Positions 21,712-32,255 are shown, counted from the first letter of the stretch. The stretch is DNA of 64,000 bases from an uncultured Acidobacteriota bacterium (GCA_963804995.1 CAWDSK010000006.1:608001-672000), one strand, 5' to 3'. Notes: a model not told the origin generated them from the sequence alone. Made by a program: numbers and translations.

Positions 21712-23322
21712 ATGCCGTTCTTCCATGACCATGTTCTGAGCATCATCCTCTTTATTCCGGTGGTGGGGATGATCCCGCTGTTCTTCATCCCACGCGAAAA
21801 CAAGCAGGCCGCTCGTTGGTGGGGCAACGTCGTGATGTTCGTGAATTTCCTTGCCTCCCTGCCCCTGGTCTTCTGGTTTTCGAGCGAGAGTCCGGAGCAG
21901 CAGTTCAAGTTCGTCGAACAACACACCTGGATACCTTCCATCGGCGCGCAGTACCACCTGGGAATCGACGGCATCAGCTTTCTGCTCATCATGCTGACCA
22001 CGGTGCTGGGTTTCCTTGCCGTGCTCTCCTCCTGGACTTCGATTCAGGAACGCGTGAAGGAATATTACGCCATGTTCCTGCTGCTCCAGGCGGGGATGCT
22101 GGGCGTTTTCATGTCGCTCGATTTCTTCCTCTTCTATGTGTTTTGGGAAGTCATGCTGGTTCCGATGTACTTCATCATCGGGGTTTGGGGCGGGCCGCGC
22201 AAACTTTACGCCGCCATCAAGTTCTTCCTTTACACTTTGGCGGGGTCGGTTCTGATGCTGCTCGGCATCCTGACGCTTTACTTCCGCTTCCACGCTGACA
22301 CGGGAGTGTACACGTTTAACCTTCTGGGCTTGATGAATCACAGCCACGCCTGGCCGCTCAATCTCCAATATTGGGTCTTCTGGGCTTTCATGATTGGCTT
22401 CGCCATCAAGGTGCCGATGTTTCCGTTCCATACCTGGTTGCCGGACGCTCACGTGGAGGCGCCCACGGCAGGCTCGGTGATCCTGGCGGGCGTTCTGTTG
22501 AAGATGGGCACTTACGGTTTCGTTCGCTTCTCGCTGCCCCTGCTGCCGCAAGCGAGTTCAAACCCCACGATTGTAAGAGTCATGGTGGCGCTGTCCCTCG
22601 TCGCCATCATTTATGGGGCACTGGTCTCGCTGATGCAGCGTGACATGAAGAAGCTAATCGCGTATTCGTCGGTCAGCCACCTGGGCTTCTGCACCCTGGG
22701 AATTTTCGCGCTCAATCCGCACGGCTTGCAAGGAAGCGTGATTCAGCAAATCAACCATGGTATTTCGACCGGCGCCCTCTTCTTGATTGTCGGCCTGATT
22801 TACGAACGCCGGCACACTCGTGAGATCAAGGAACTGGGCGGGCTTTCAAACGTCATGCCCGTTTATGCGACGCTATTCATGATCATCATGCTCTCTTCGA
22901 TTGGCTTACCGCTTCTCAATGGTTTCATCGGCGAGTTCACGATCCTGCAAGGGGCATACGAAGTGAACTGGCATTGGGCGGCCTGGGCCGTCGCCGGGAT
23001 CGTTCTGGGAGCGGCTTATATGCTCTGGCTCTATCAACGGACCATGTTTGGGGCCTGCGAGAATCCCAAGAACCAGGTCCTCAAGGACCTGAGTTTCCGC
23101 GAGATCATGACCCTTGTTCCGCTCGTCATTTGGGCGTTTTGGATCGGCATTTACCCCAAGCCGTTTTTTGATGTGCTGGAGAAACCGGTCAACGCCATCG
23201 TCCAAAGCGTGAATCCCAATTTCTTTAAGGCGCCGCAAGCGGCACGGGTGATGACGCGATCGCCCCAGACAGCGCAGGCCAGGCTCGAAACTCCCTCGGC
23301 CGCGACAGGAGCGAACCACTGA
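21712..23322 (+). CDS. nuoM: NADH-quinone oxidoreductase subunit M (cluster 1)
   Basis: FWEVMLVPMY, PFHTWLPDAHVEAPTAGS, KKLIAYSSVSH. Confidence 0.97.
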   Translation: MPFFHDHVLSIILFIPVVGMIPLFFIPRENKQAARWWGNVVMFVNFLASLPLVFWFSSESPEQQFKFVEQHTWIPSIGAQYHLGIDGISFLLIMLTTVLGFLAVLSSWTSIQERVKEYYAMFLLLQAGMLGVFMSLDFFLFYVFWEVMLVPMYFIIGVWGGPRKLYAAIKFFLYTLAGSVLMLLGILTLYFRFHADTGVYTFNLLGLMNHSHAWPLNLQYWVFWAFMIGFAIKVPMFPFHTWLPDAHVEAPTAGSVILAGVLLKMGTYGFVRFSLPLLPQASSNPTIVRVMVALSLVAIIYGALVSLMQRDMKKLIAYSSVSHLGFCTLGIFALNPHGLQGSVIQQINHGISTGALFLIVGLIYERRHTREIKELGGLSNVMPVYATLFMIIMLSSIGLPLLNGFIGEFTILQGAYEVNWHWAAWAVAGIVLGAAYMLWLYQRTMFGACENPKNQVLKDLSFREIMTLVPLVIWAFWIGIYPKPFFDVLEKPVNAIVQSVNPNFFKAPQAARVMTRSPQTAQARLETPSAATGANH

Positions 23323-24806
23323 TGTGGAACGCCTTCTTTCAACTGACGGACTACCAGGCCCTCAAGCCGGAGATCCTCCTGACCATGTTTGGCCTGGCCG
23401 TCCTGCTGTTTGATTTCCTGCTGGAGAAAAGCGACAAGTATCTGAATGCCGTGCTCGCCCTGATCGGGTTGGCCTTCGCCGCTCTGCAACTCGGAATTTT
23501 CTGGCAAGCGCCGCTGATTCGTCAGGCCTCCTATTCGGGATTTGGCGGGACCTTCACCCTCGACTCCTTCGCGCTATTCGCCAAGATGGTCATTGTGTTG
23601 GCCACCGCCATCGTGGTTCTGATATCCGCAAAATATCTGGAAATTGAGGAAGCCAACCTCGGTGAGTATTACGCTCTGCTGCTTTTTGCCGCAGTGGGAA
23701 TGATGCTCCTGGCGTCTGGCGCCGACCTGATTGTGCTTTTCATCGCCCTGGAACTCATGGCGCTGTGTGAGTATGTGCTGACGGGTTTCCTGCGGGTCAA
23801 TCTGAGGTCCAACGAAGCGGCGGTGAAGTTCTTTCTGCTCGGGGCGTTTTCCTCCGGGTTGCTTCTTTACGGCATGTCGCTGCTGTACGGGATTGGCGGC
23901 TCAACCAAACTGAGTGTCATCGCCCAGCGCCTTTCGGAGCGCCCGGCTTCCGACCCGCTTTCCTGGGTTGCCATGATCACGCTGCTGGCGGGCATCTACT
24001 TTAAGATCGCCGCCGTGCCTTTCCATCAGTGGACACCTGATGTCTACGAAGGCGCCCCGACCTCCATCACGGCCTTCATCTCGGTCGCTCCCAAGGTCGC
24101 GTCCTTCGCTCTCTTCATACGCATCCTGATCACGGCGCTGTGGCCCATGCGGGCGGAGTGGCAGGCGTTGACCATTGGAGTCGCCATCGCCACGATGACG
24201 CTCGGCAATCTCGCGGCAATTACCCAGACGAATATCAAACGCTTCTTCGGCTACTCAACGATCTCCCACGTCGGATATCTATTATTGGGGTTGGTGGCCA
24301 CCGCGGATGGAAATCGCGAAGGGCTGACCGCCATCCTGATCTATCTGCTGGTTTATGCATTTATGAACCTGGGCGCTTTCACCGTGATCATTATGATGCG
24401 GCGCAAGAACCTGATTGGTGACGAGATCGATGACCTCTCCGGCCTGATGGCTCGCGCGCCGGGACTGGCCATCCTGATGCTCATCTTCTTGCTATCGCTG
24501 GCGGGCATTCCTCCCACGGCGGGCTTTATTGGGAAATACTTCATTTTTCTCTCTTTGATTGAGACTGGGCACTACTATTTGGCCGTGCTTGGAGTTGTCT
24601 ATTCAGTCGTGGCGCTCTACTATTACTTCCGGATTGTGGTGGCCATGTTTATGAAGAAGGCCACGGATTCAATTCCCCTCGCGACGAGCCCCGGCCTGAC
24701 GATTGCGCTGGGCGTTACGATCGCCATGACGCTGCTGATCGGGGTTTATCCGGAACCCTTCATTATCTTGGCGCGGGAAGCTGTGCGGCCTTTCTTCTCG
24801 TCGTAA
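23322..24806 (+). CDS. nuoN: NADH-quinone oxidoreductase subunit N (cluster 1)
   Basis: EAAVKFFLLGA, FKIAAVPFHQWTPDVYEGAPT, SLAGIPPTAGF. Confidence 0.96.
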   Translation: MWNAFFQLTDYQALKPEILLTMFGLAVLLFDFLLEKSDKYLNAVLALIGLAFAALQLGIFWQAPLIRQASYSGFGGTFTLDSFALFAKMVIVLATAIVVLISAKYLEIEEANLGEYYALLLFAAVGMMLLASGADLIVLFIALELMALCEYVLTGFLRVNLRSNEAAVKFFLLGAFSSGLLLYGMSLLYGIGGSTKLSVIAQRLSERPASDPLSWVAMITLLAGIYFKIAAVPFHQWTPDVYEGAPTSITAFISVAPKVASFALFIRILITALWPMRAEWQALTIGVAIATMTLGNLAAITQTNIKRFFGYSTISHVGYLLLGLVATADGNREGLTAILIYLLVYAFMNLGAFTVIIMMRRKNLIGDEIDDLSGLMARAPGLAILMLIFLLSLAGIPPTAGFIGKYFIFLSLIETGHYYLAVLGVVYSVVALYYYFRIVVAMFMKKATDSIPLATSPGLTIALGVTIAMTLLIGVYPEPFIILAREAVRPFFSS

Positions 24807-24818
24807 TCAGGAGGAATC

Positions 24819-25085
24819 GTGCCCAAGACTCCGGACCAGCGGATGAGTCTCTGGGCGCAAGTTGGCTTTTACACCAGCCTGGGGTTTATAATCCCCGCTG
24901 CCGCGGTGGGCGGGTTTGGGTTGGGTTGGTGGTTGGATCGGTGGCTGCACACCTCGCCGATCATCACACTGGTCATGGGTTTTCTGGGTGCAGCGGCGGG
25001 AGTTGTGGAAATCCTGGCGATCCTCACCCGAGCGGAGAAGCGTGACGACAGAAATCAGTCAAACGATGGATCTGGCGCAAGCTGA
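24819..25085 (+). CDS. AtpZ/AtpI-family small membrane protein
   Basis: Two TM helices with GWWLDRWL; position upstream of atpB; RBS aggagg. Confidence 0.85.
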   Translation: MPKTPDQRMSLWAQVGFYTSLGFIIPAAAVGGFGLGWWLDRWLHTSPIITLVMGFLGAAAGVVEILAILTRAEKRDDRNQSNDGSGAS

Positions 25086-25443
25086 GGCGCGATTGCCGCG
25101 CTGGATGGTGGGATGTGGAGTTGCGGCTGCCAGTGTGATTCTCGCCTGCGGCCACGTGCGCCTCGCCCTGGGATTCGCCCTGGGAGCCTTTCTGGCGGTG
25201 CTCGGCTATTATTGGCTGCACGAAGTGATTGAAGCATTGATGTCCGCGGGGCAGGTCAAAATTCCCCGACGCGTCATTGCCAAGTTCGTGGTCCGATATC
25301 CGCTGATGTTCGGTGTGGTCTTTTTATTTTACAAAACCGGCTGGCTGCCAATGGTAGCAATCATAGGGGGGTTGTTCGTCCCTGCTGCCGGGGCGATGAT
25401 CGAAGGCGCAGTTCAGGCCGCGCAAGCGTTTCGAGAATCTTGA
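25042..25443 (+). CDS. atpI: ATP synthase protein I-like membrane protein
   Basis: Four hydrophobic segments; position between atpZ-like gene and atpB; start uncertain (GTG 25042 or ATG 25066). Confidence 0.7.
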   Translation: MTTEISQTMDLAQAEARLPRWMVGCGVAAASVILACGHVRLALGFALGAFLAVLGYYWLHEVIEALMSAGQVKIPRRVIAKFVVRYPLMFGVVFLFYKTGWLPMVAIIGGLFVPAAGAMIEGAVQAAQAFRES

Positions 25444-25485
25444 GGTTGTGGAAAGTGGCTAGGCTCCTCATACTGGCATTCATTT

Positions 25486-26250
25486 ATGGAACATAAAATT
25501 TGGTTCACGATCATCTTGAACAAACTGCTGGCGTGGTTGGTAACGCCATTACTGACCGTCCTGGGATTTGCGCCCGCCGATCCCGCGCATCCCATTCCGG
25601 ATTACCTGGCGATGCAGGTTCTGGTCATCCTTATCCTCGTCGTGGTCGCGCTGATTCTGCGCGGCAAACTTTCCGTGGAGAACCCTGGAAAGTTGCAGCA
25701 TATTGCAGAGGAAATCGTGGGGTTCGCGAACTCAACGGCGGAGGAAATCATCGGGCATGGCGGCGCTCAGTATACTTCCATGCTCGGCACCCTGTTCATC
25801 TTCGTGGCAGCGTGCAATATGTTGAGCCTGATTCCCACTCTTGCCGTGCCCGATTCCAAATTAGAGATTGAAGTGAGCCCTACGGGCCTGATCCAGGCCA
25901 CGCTCGGCTGCGCGCTGGTGGCGTTCCTTTATTACAACTACCAGGGCATTCGCCATCACGGAGTGGTGGGCTACCTCAAGCACTTGTGCGGACCGCTGAT
26001 GGCCATCGCCATCATTATGTTCCCGATTGAAGTTATCGGAAATTTCGGCCGCCTGCTGTCGCTCAGCGTTCGTCTTTACGCCAACATGCTGGTGGGCGGA
26101 ATCCTGGAGCGGGTGTTCGGAGGGATGATTCCGATTGGCATCCCCGTCATCTTCATGGGGCTGCACCTCTTCGTTTCTTTGCTCCAGGCGTACATCTTCA
26201 TGCTCCTGCCGGCGATTTACATCAGCATGGCAGTGGCTGAGGAGCACTGA
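25486..26250 (+). CDS. atpB: F0F1 ATP synthase subunit a
   Basis: PGKLQ, PIEVIG, LSLSVRLYANM, LQAYIF. Confidence 0.95.
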   Translation: MEHKIWFTIILNKLLAWLVTPLLTVLGFAPADPAHPIPDYLAMQVLVILILVVVALILRGKLSVENPGKLQHIAEEIVGFANSTAEEIIGHGGAQYTSMLGTLFIFVAACNMLSLIPTLAVPDSKLEIEVSPTGLIQATLGCALVAFLYYNYQGIRHHGVVGYLKHLCGPLMAIAIIMFPIEVIGNFGRLLSLSVRLYANMLVGGILERVFGGMIPIGIPVIFMGLHLFVSLLQAYIFMLLPAIYISMAVAEEH

Positions 26251-26373
26251 GTTTAGGCACCAATCGCCAATGTGAGCCCCATCTGCACGAGGGATGATGG
26301 GGAACCACCCCCTGGCGACATTTCATCAGGGGCTATGCCCGCTCAGGCGGGGGAGCTCCTCAGGAGGAATACA

Positions 26374-26697
26374 GTGAAACGCAATGCGATTATGTTATTC
26401 GGGAGTCTCTTAGGCTTGCTTCTGGCCGCGCCGGTCTATGCTCAGACCGCACCCGGTGGAGGAGAGGCAGACACCACAAAATGGGTAATTATCACCGCCG
26501 GCTTTGCCATGGCCATTGCTTCCGCGGTCTGCGGCTATGCCCAATCGAAGGCAACAGCGGCTGCCTGCGAAGGATTGGCGCGTAACCCCGGGGCTCGGCC
26601 GGGAATTCAGTTCGCGTTGATCTTGGCCTTGATTCTGATCGAGTCGATGGCGCTCTACACTTTCGCCATCATCTTCCTAAAAGTCAAGTTGGGCTAA
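26374..26697 (+). CDS. atpE: F0F1 ATP synthase subunit c with N-terminal signal-like extension
   Basis: RNP loop, IESMALY; GTG start after aggagg RBS. Confidence 0.93.
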   Translation: MKRNAIMLFGSLLGLLLAAPVYAQTAPGGGEADTTKWVIITAGFAMAIASAVCGYAQSKATAAACEGLARNPGARPGIQFALILALILIESMALYTFAIIFLKVKLG

Positions 26698-26721
26698 CAA
26701 GTTCCAACTGCGCCAGATCGG

Positions 26722-26754
26722 CAAGGGGAGGCTTCTGGCCTCCCCTTTGTATTT
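26722..26754 (+). terminator. Probable intrinsic terminator after atpE
   Basis: aggggaggc-ttctg-gcctcccct stem followed by ttgtattt. Confidence 0.7.
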
Positions 26755-26890
26755 GGGGGACACTTCAGGGTGATAGATCCCCCAGGTGGCCCAGAGGCAG
26801 TCCCAAGGAATGAATCGTTCGTGAGGCCGCGTCGTTCTGGAGTTTTCCTAGCCGCGGAGAGGCGCGCGGTAGGGCACGTGTGCGTTACCC

Positions 26891-28342
26891 TCACTTCAGG
26901 TATGGCATGGCTGCGAGCGTGGCCAGGCCCATGAGACTGTCCGGCGCCAGTCCGAGGTAAAAGATCCCGAGAACGCTGACCGCCAAGGCGGTGCGCACCG
27001 GCCAAGACAATACGGCGGTAGCGGTATCGTTTTTCTCCTCGTGTATATACATCGCGACAATAATTCTAAAATAGTAATAAACCGATACAACGCTGTTCAA
27101 TAAAGCCAGAACCGTGAGTCCGATCAGGTGAGAGTGCATCGCCGCCCGGAAAAGGTAGAGTTTACCCAAAAAGCCTGCGGTCGTGGGAAACCCGGCAAGC
27201 GAGAGAAAAAGCACGGCGAGACATGCAGCCACTCCGGGCCGTGCGAACGCCAATCCCCTGTAGTCTTCGATCTGGACCAGGCGTTCGCCTGTTCCCGACA
27301 AATGCGCGATCAGGATAAATGCCCCTACGTTCATCAGCGCGTAGGCCATCAGATAAAACATGACTGCTGACATTCCGCGCGAACCACCTGCCGCCACGCC
27401 CACCAGAATATACCCAGCGTGGGCAATCGAAGAATAGGCGAGGAGTCGCTTGACGTTGGTTTGCCAGAGCGCTGCCAGGTTGCCGAGGCTCATGGTGAGC
27501 GCTGCGGAGATCCAGAGGATAGGGGAACTCACCGCTTCCGCCGAGCCAAAGCTCGCAAGGAAGATCCGGAGGAGGATGGCAAAGGCGGCTGCCTTGGGGC
27601 CGACAGAGAGGAACGCTGTGACTGGAGCCGGCGCCCCCTGGTAAACATCGGGGGTCCAAATCTGGAAAGGAACTGTGGAGAGTTTAAAGCCCAGCCCCAC
27701 AAACATCAGGACTAAGGCTACCCGTGCGAATACGGTCCATTGCAAAGGGTCACTCAGGCGTGCGCCCGCTACCAGCAAATTTGTGGTTCCCGTCAAACCG
27801 TAGACGAAGGCAATCCCGTACAGGAAAAATGCGGTTGCAAACGAACCCAGAAGAAAGTACTTCAGCGCCGCCTCGGTGCAGAGCTTGTCGGTTCGCCGGA
27901 ATCCCGCCAGGATATAAGTTGAGATCGACGAGATTTCGAGCCCCAGGAAAATCATTATGAGATCCGTGGAGGATGCCATGAAACACATCCCCACCGTTCC
28001 CAGCAAGACGAGCGAGTAGAACTCGCCATGTTGAGTGTTTTCGCGTTTGAGGTAATCCATCGATCCGAGGATGACCAGGGCGGCAACCAGCAGGATGAGA
28101 AAAATGAAATAGAAGCTGAATCCGTCAGCGGCAATGGAACCCCCAAACGCCGGCCCGGGATCAAAAGAAGTCCTGACGGTTGCCGCCCCGGCGCCGGCTA
28201 CGCCGAGGAGAGCTATCCAGCCGAGGAGTTTCTTGCGCTCAGGAGGAACGAAGGGCTCCAGAACCATGATCACAACGCCCACCAGAGCGAGAACGATTTC
28301 GGGAAGAATGCGAACCATGTCGGTGGTCTGGAGAGTGATCAT
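26891..28342 (-). CDS. nuoN: NADH-quinone oxidoreductase subunit N (cluster 2)
   Basis: EAALKYFLLGS, PFQIWTPDVYQGAP, KRLLAYSSIAHAGY. Confidence 0.96.
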   Translation of the reverse strand: MITLQTTDMVRILPEIVLALVGVVIMVLEPFVPPERKKLLGWIALLGVAGAGAATVRTSFDPGPAFGGSIAADGFSFYFIFLILLVAALVILGSMDYLKRENTQHGEFYSLVLLGTVGMCFMASSTDLIMIFLGLEISSISTYILAGFRRTDKLCTEAALKYFLLGSFATAFFLYGIAFVYGLTGTTNLLVAGARLSDPLQWTVFARVALVLMFVGLGFKLSTVPFQIWTPDVYQGAPAPVTAFLSVGPKAAAFAILLRIFLASFGSAEAVSSPILWISAALTMSLGNLAALWQTNVKRLLAYSSIAHAGYILVGVAAGGSRGMSAVMFYLMAYALMNVGAFILIAHLSGTGERLVQIEDYRGLAFARPGVAACLAVLFLSLAGFPTTAGFLGKLYLFRAAMHSHLIGLTVLALLNSVVSVYYYFRIIVAMYIHEEKNDTATAVLSWPVRTALAVSVLGIFYLGLAPDSLMGLATLAAMPYLK

Positions 28343-29880
28343 CGCCCACCCCCCAGGTGCCCGGCGGGCGCCCGCTGCGCGTATACCAAAGTTCGCCTTT
28401 CGAGGCGAAGCATAATCGCAGTTACACTGTGATCCATTCGCCGCAAGAACGGCTGCGGGTAAATCCCCATCCCCAGGATAATGGCGGCCATAATTGTGAG
28501 GATCAGTTTCTCGCGGAAGTCGCAATCCGCAAGGGTACGGTTCTTTTCGTTCGTGATCTCACCGTAAAACACTCGTTGATACATCCAGAGCAAATAAACA
28601 GCGGCCAGCACCACTCCCACCGCGGCGAGTGCGGCGTAATACGCATTGCTACGATAAGACCCCACGATGATCAGGAATTCACCGACAAAACCGTTCAACA
28701 TCGGAAGGCCCAGGGAGGACAAGACCACAATCAGGAAAAATGTGCTGTAAACGGGTACCGAGGTGGCCAACCCGCCGAACTCGCTGATCAGGCGGGTGTG
28801 CCGGCGGTCATACAGCATCCCGACCAACAGGAAGAGCGCGCCGGTTGAAACTCCGTGGCTGAACATCTGGTAGATGGAGCCTTCGATGCCTTGCGCATTG
28901 AAAACGAAAATCCCCAGCACGCAGAATCCCAGATGCGCGACCGAGGAGTAAGCGACGAGCTTTTTCAAGTCGGGCTGCACCATGGCCACCAGCGCGCCAT
29001 AGATAATGCCGACGATGGCGAGGGCGCAGACAACAGGGGCAAACTCCCGCGAAGCATCAGGGAAGAGGGGCAGGCAGAAGCGCAGCATGCCGTAGGTCCC
29101 CATTTTGAGAAGGACGCCGGCCAGGATGATCGATCCGGCTGTGGGGGCCTCCACGTGCGCATCGGGCAACCAGGTATGAAATGGGAAGAGGGGAACTTTG
29201 ATGGCGAAGGCAAGGAAGAATGCCAGGAAGAGCCACCGTTCCGCCTGCGGAGACAGTACCGAAGTCGTGGTCAGGTGGCTTAAAATCCGGGGCAAATCAA
29301 AGGACCCCGTGAGGTTATAGAGATAAAGAATCCCCGTAAGCATCAGGGCAGAGCCAGCCATCGTGTATAGGACGAATTTGATGGCTGCGTAAACGCGCCG
29401 CTCGTGCCCCCAGATGCCAATCAGGAAATACATGGGAATGAGCATCACTTCCCAGAAGACAAAGAAGAGGATCAAGTCAAGCGAGGCAAAGACTCCAATC
29501 ATTCCGGTTTCGAGAGCGAGCAGGAAGATGAAGAACTCATTGACGCGATGCGTGATGCTGCTCCAGGAGGCCATAACGGAAATCGGCGTGAGAAATCCGG
29601 CGAGAAGGATCAGGAGCGCGCTCAGACCATCCACCCCCAGGTGGTAATTGACGGGAGGCAGCGGCATCCAGACGTGAAATTCCTGAAACTGCATGCCGGC
29701 ACGATGCGGGTCGAAGCCAAAATAGAGCCAAGCGGTAAACAGGAAGGTCAGCACTGAATTGAGAAGTGCGATCCACCGAACGGCGGACGCCCGCTCGCGT
29801 CCGACGAAAGCGATGACGACGGCGCCCAGCAGCGGGAAAAAGATAATGATCGTGAGGTAGTGCTGCGTGATCCAGGACAT
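28339..29880 (-). CDS. nuoM: NADH-quinone oxidoreductase subunit M (cluster 2)
   Basis: PFHTWLPDAHVEAPTAGS, LLKMGTYG. Confidence 0.97.
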   Translation of the reverse strand: MSWITQHYLTIIIFFPLLGAVVIAFVGRERASAVRWIALLNSVLTFLFTAWLYFGFDPHRAGMQFQEFHVWMPLPPVNYHLGVDGLSALLILLAGFLTPISVMASWSSITHRVNEFFIFLLALETGMIGVFASLDLILFFVFWEVMLIPMYFLIGIWGHERRVYAAIKFVLYTMAGSALMLTGILYLYNLTGSFDLPRILSHLTTTSVLSPQAERWLFLAFFLAFAIKVPLFPFHTWLPDAHVEAPTAGSIILAGVLLKMGTYGMLRFCLPLFPDASREFAPVVCALAIVGIIYGALVAMVQPDLKKLVAYSSVAHLGFCVLGIFVFNAQGIEGSIYQMFSHGVSTGALFLLVGMLYDRRHTRLISEFGGLATSVPVYSTFFLIVVLSSLGLPMLNGFVGEFLIIVGSYRSNAYYAALAAVGVVLAAVYLLWMYQRVFYGEITNEKNRTLADCDFREKLILTIMAAIILGMGIYPQPFLRRMDHSVTAIMLRLERRTLVYAQRAPAGHLGGGR

Positions 29881-29912
29881 ATATCGTATCTACAAGCGCT
29901 GCGTTGCCGACC

Positions 29913-31862
29913 TTAGCGAATTACGAATGTATAAAAAAGCCATAATACGGCTCCCAGTAGCACCCAAGCTGCGTAGCTTGGGATATTTCCAGACTGAATG
30001 CGTCGCAGGAGATTTCCGACCGCTGAGTTAGCCTCTCCTGTACCGTTGACCAGCAAGTTGTCGATTGCGCCCACATCAATAACTCGCCACAGAACTTTTT
30101 CCGAGACAACGCGAATAGGTCGCACGACCAGCCAGTTATAGAACTCGTCAACGTAGTATTTGTGGATCAGGATGTTATACAAATCTGCGTAACGCGTGGC
30201 CAATTGTTCGGGAATATCCGTGGATTTCCAATACCACCAGATGCCCAATCCAATTCCGACGAAGGCCGCGAGAATCGAGAATCCCATCAACGCGCCCGGG
30301 CTGAGACCCTGCAAGTGATAGGCGTAAACGTTGCGAAGAGCCTCCTCTGCCGGCTCAAAAACCGGCTCGAGGTACCGGTCAAACGCCTCGCTTCCGCCCC
30401 AGGCGCTGGGCCAGCTCAGGTAGCCAATGACAACCGAAAAGAACGCGAGTACCACCAGCGGTACCGTCATCTTGGAGCTGCTTTCATGAACGTGGTGCTC
30501 GGTCTCCGGGTCGACCCGCGATTTTCCCCAGAAAGTCAGGATAAGCGCACGGAACATGTAGAAAGCTGTGAGCCCGGCGGTGACGGTTCCAAGCCAATAC
30601 AGCCAGGGCCGGCCCAGGAGTCCCTCGTAAGCACCCGCCAGAATCTCGTCCTTGCTGAAGAAGCCTGCAAATCCGGGCACGCCACTAATGGCCAGCGTGG
30701 CAATCAAGAAGGTCGCGTGCGTAATCTTCAACTTGTGACGCAAACCGCCCATCTTGCGCATGTCCAGCTCACCGTTCATGGCGTGCATCACACTTCCGGC
30801 TGCCAGGAAGAGCAGCGACTTGAAAAACGCATGGGTCATCAAATGGAAAATGCCGGCAGCGAACGCCCCCACACCCAGGCCCAGGAACATGTATCCGAGC
30901 TGGCTGATGGTGGAATAGGCAAGCATCCGCTTCAGATCGTTCTGGGTGAGTGCGATGGTGGCCGCGAAGAACGCAGTCAAGCAGCCTATGAAGCCGACGA
31001 TAGCCAGAGCTGCCGGAGCGCGCGCGTAGAGGATGCTTGACCTTGCCACAAGATAAACGCCCGCCGTCACCATGGTGGCAGCATGGATTAACGCGCTTAC
31101 CGGAGTGGGGCCTTCCATTGCATCAGGGAGCCACACGTAGAGTGGAAGTTGCGCCGATTTCCCCACGGCCCCCAGGAAGATGAGCAGACCGATTGCCGTC
31201 AATGTTCCATTCAATTCCCCTGGCGGCAAAGCGGCGATTCGCGCATACACCGTCTGGAAACTCAGGGAGTGAAAAGTCCAGAAAAGCAGGGCCACGCCCA
31301 CGGTGAAGCCTGCGTCACCAATGCGCGTTACGATGAAAGCCTTTTTCCCCGCATCGGAGGCGCTCTTCTTGTGGAAGTAAAAGCCGATTAACAAGTAGGA
31401 GCAGAGCCCGACGCCCTCCCATCCCACAAACATTAGCGGGTAGTTGGCCGCGGTGATGAGGGTCAGCATCATGAACAGAAAAAGATTCAAGTAAGTAAAG
31501 AAGCGGTAGTATCCGCCTTCGTGCTCCATGTACCCGCGCGAATAAAGGTGAATCAGAAAGGCGACAACCGTGACCGTAAGAGTCATGACCAGGGTAAGCC
31601 GGTCGTAATAGAGTGCGTAATTCGCCCTTAAAGATCCCGCTTCGATCCAGGTGAAATAGCTGTAAGAGAAAGGCAGGGGCTGGCTTGCCGAGCGGGAGTA
31701 GACCCATGCCGCAAACATCGCGAAAACCATGGAAAGCCCAGCGCCCCCGCAAGCAATCACGGAGACCACGGTCTGGGAGAAGCGGCGGCCGAGGATTCCG
31801 TTCAAGGCTGCACCCAGGAGCGGGGGCAACAGCATGAGCAGCAGTAGGATTTCCAGGTTCAT
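29913..31862 (-). CDS. nuoL: NADH-quinone oxidoreductase subunit L (cluster 2)
   Basis: WLPDAMEGPTPVSALIHAATMV, HLMTHAFFK. Confidence 0.97.
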   Translation of the reverse strand: MNLEILLLLMLLPPLLGAALNGILGRRFSQTVVSVIACGGAGLSMVFAMFAAWVYSRSASQPLPFSYSYFTWIEAGSLRANYALYYDRLTLVMTLTVTVVAFLIHLYSRGYMEHEGGYYRFFTYLNLFLFMMLTLITAANYPLMFVGWEGVGLCSYLLIGFYFHKKSASDAGKKAFIVTRIGDAGFTVGVALLFWTFHSLSFQTVYARIAALPPGELNGTLTAIGLLIFLGAVGKSAQLPLYVWLPDAMEGPTPVSALIHAATMVTAGVYLVARSSILYARAPAALAIVGFIGCLTAFFAATIALTQNDLKRMLAYSTISQLGYMFLGLGVGAFAAGIFHLMTHAFFKSLLFLAAGSVMHAMNGELDMRKMGGLRHKLKITHATFLIATLAISGVPGFAGFFSKDEILAGAYEGLLGRPWLYWLGTVTAGLTAFYMFRALILTFWGKSRVDPETEHHVHESSSKMTVPLVVLAFFSVVIGYLSWPSAWGGSEAFDRYLEPVFEPAEEALRNVYAYHLQGLSPGALMGFSILAAFVGIGLGIWWYWKSTDIPEQLATRYADLYNILIHKYYVDEFYNWLVVRPIRVVSEKVLWRVIDVGAIDNLLVNGTGEANSAVGNLLRRIQSGNIPSYAAWVLLGAVLWLFYTFVIR

Positions 31863-31942
31863 GACAGTCTGAACTAAACTTTTGCTTGCTCCGGCCCTTC
31901 CTGCAGGTCACGCGGATCCGCGGGATGGGCACGAGCGCAACT

Positions 31943-32248
31943 TCACATTTTCATCGAATCATGGTCTTCAATATTCAGCGACTCATGATTGCGGTAGAGC
32001 GCAATGATGATCGCCAAACCCACGGCCGCCTCGGCTGCGGCCACGACGATGACGAAAAAGACAAAGAGTTGGCCATCCAGATTTCCCAGATATCGCGAAA
32101 AGGCCATAAACGCCAGGTTGACGGCGTTCAGCATCAATTCAATGCACATGAAAACCGTGATGATGTTGCGGCGGAAGATAAATCCGGTGGCGCCCAAAAC
32201 GAAAAGGATTACACTGAGCGCCAGATAATGTGAAAGCGGAACAATCAT
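31943..32248 (-). CDS. nuoK: NADH-quinone oxidoreductase subunit K (cluster 2)
   Basis: [22 protein letters not shown]. Confidence 0.95.
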   Translation of the reverse strand: MIVPLSHYLALSVILFVLGATGFIFRRNIITVFMCIELMLNAVNLAFMAFSRYLGNLDGQLFVFFVIVVAAAEAAVGLAIIIALYRNHESLNIEDHDSMKM

Positions 32249-32255
32249 CTCGACC

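Noticed and set aside
21712..29880. 2M-type complex I with an extra NuoM
   Set aside because: The two nuoM genes belong to separate opposite-strand clusters, each with one L, M and N
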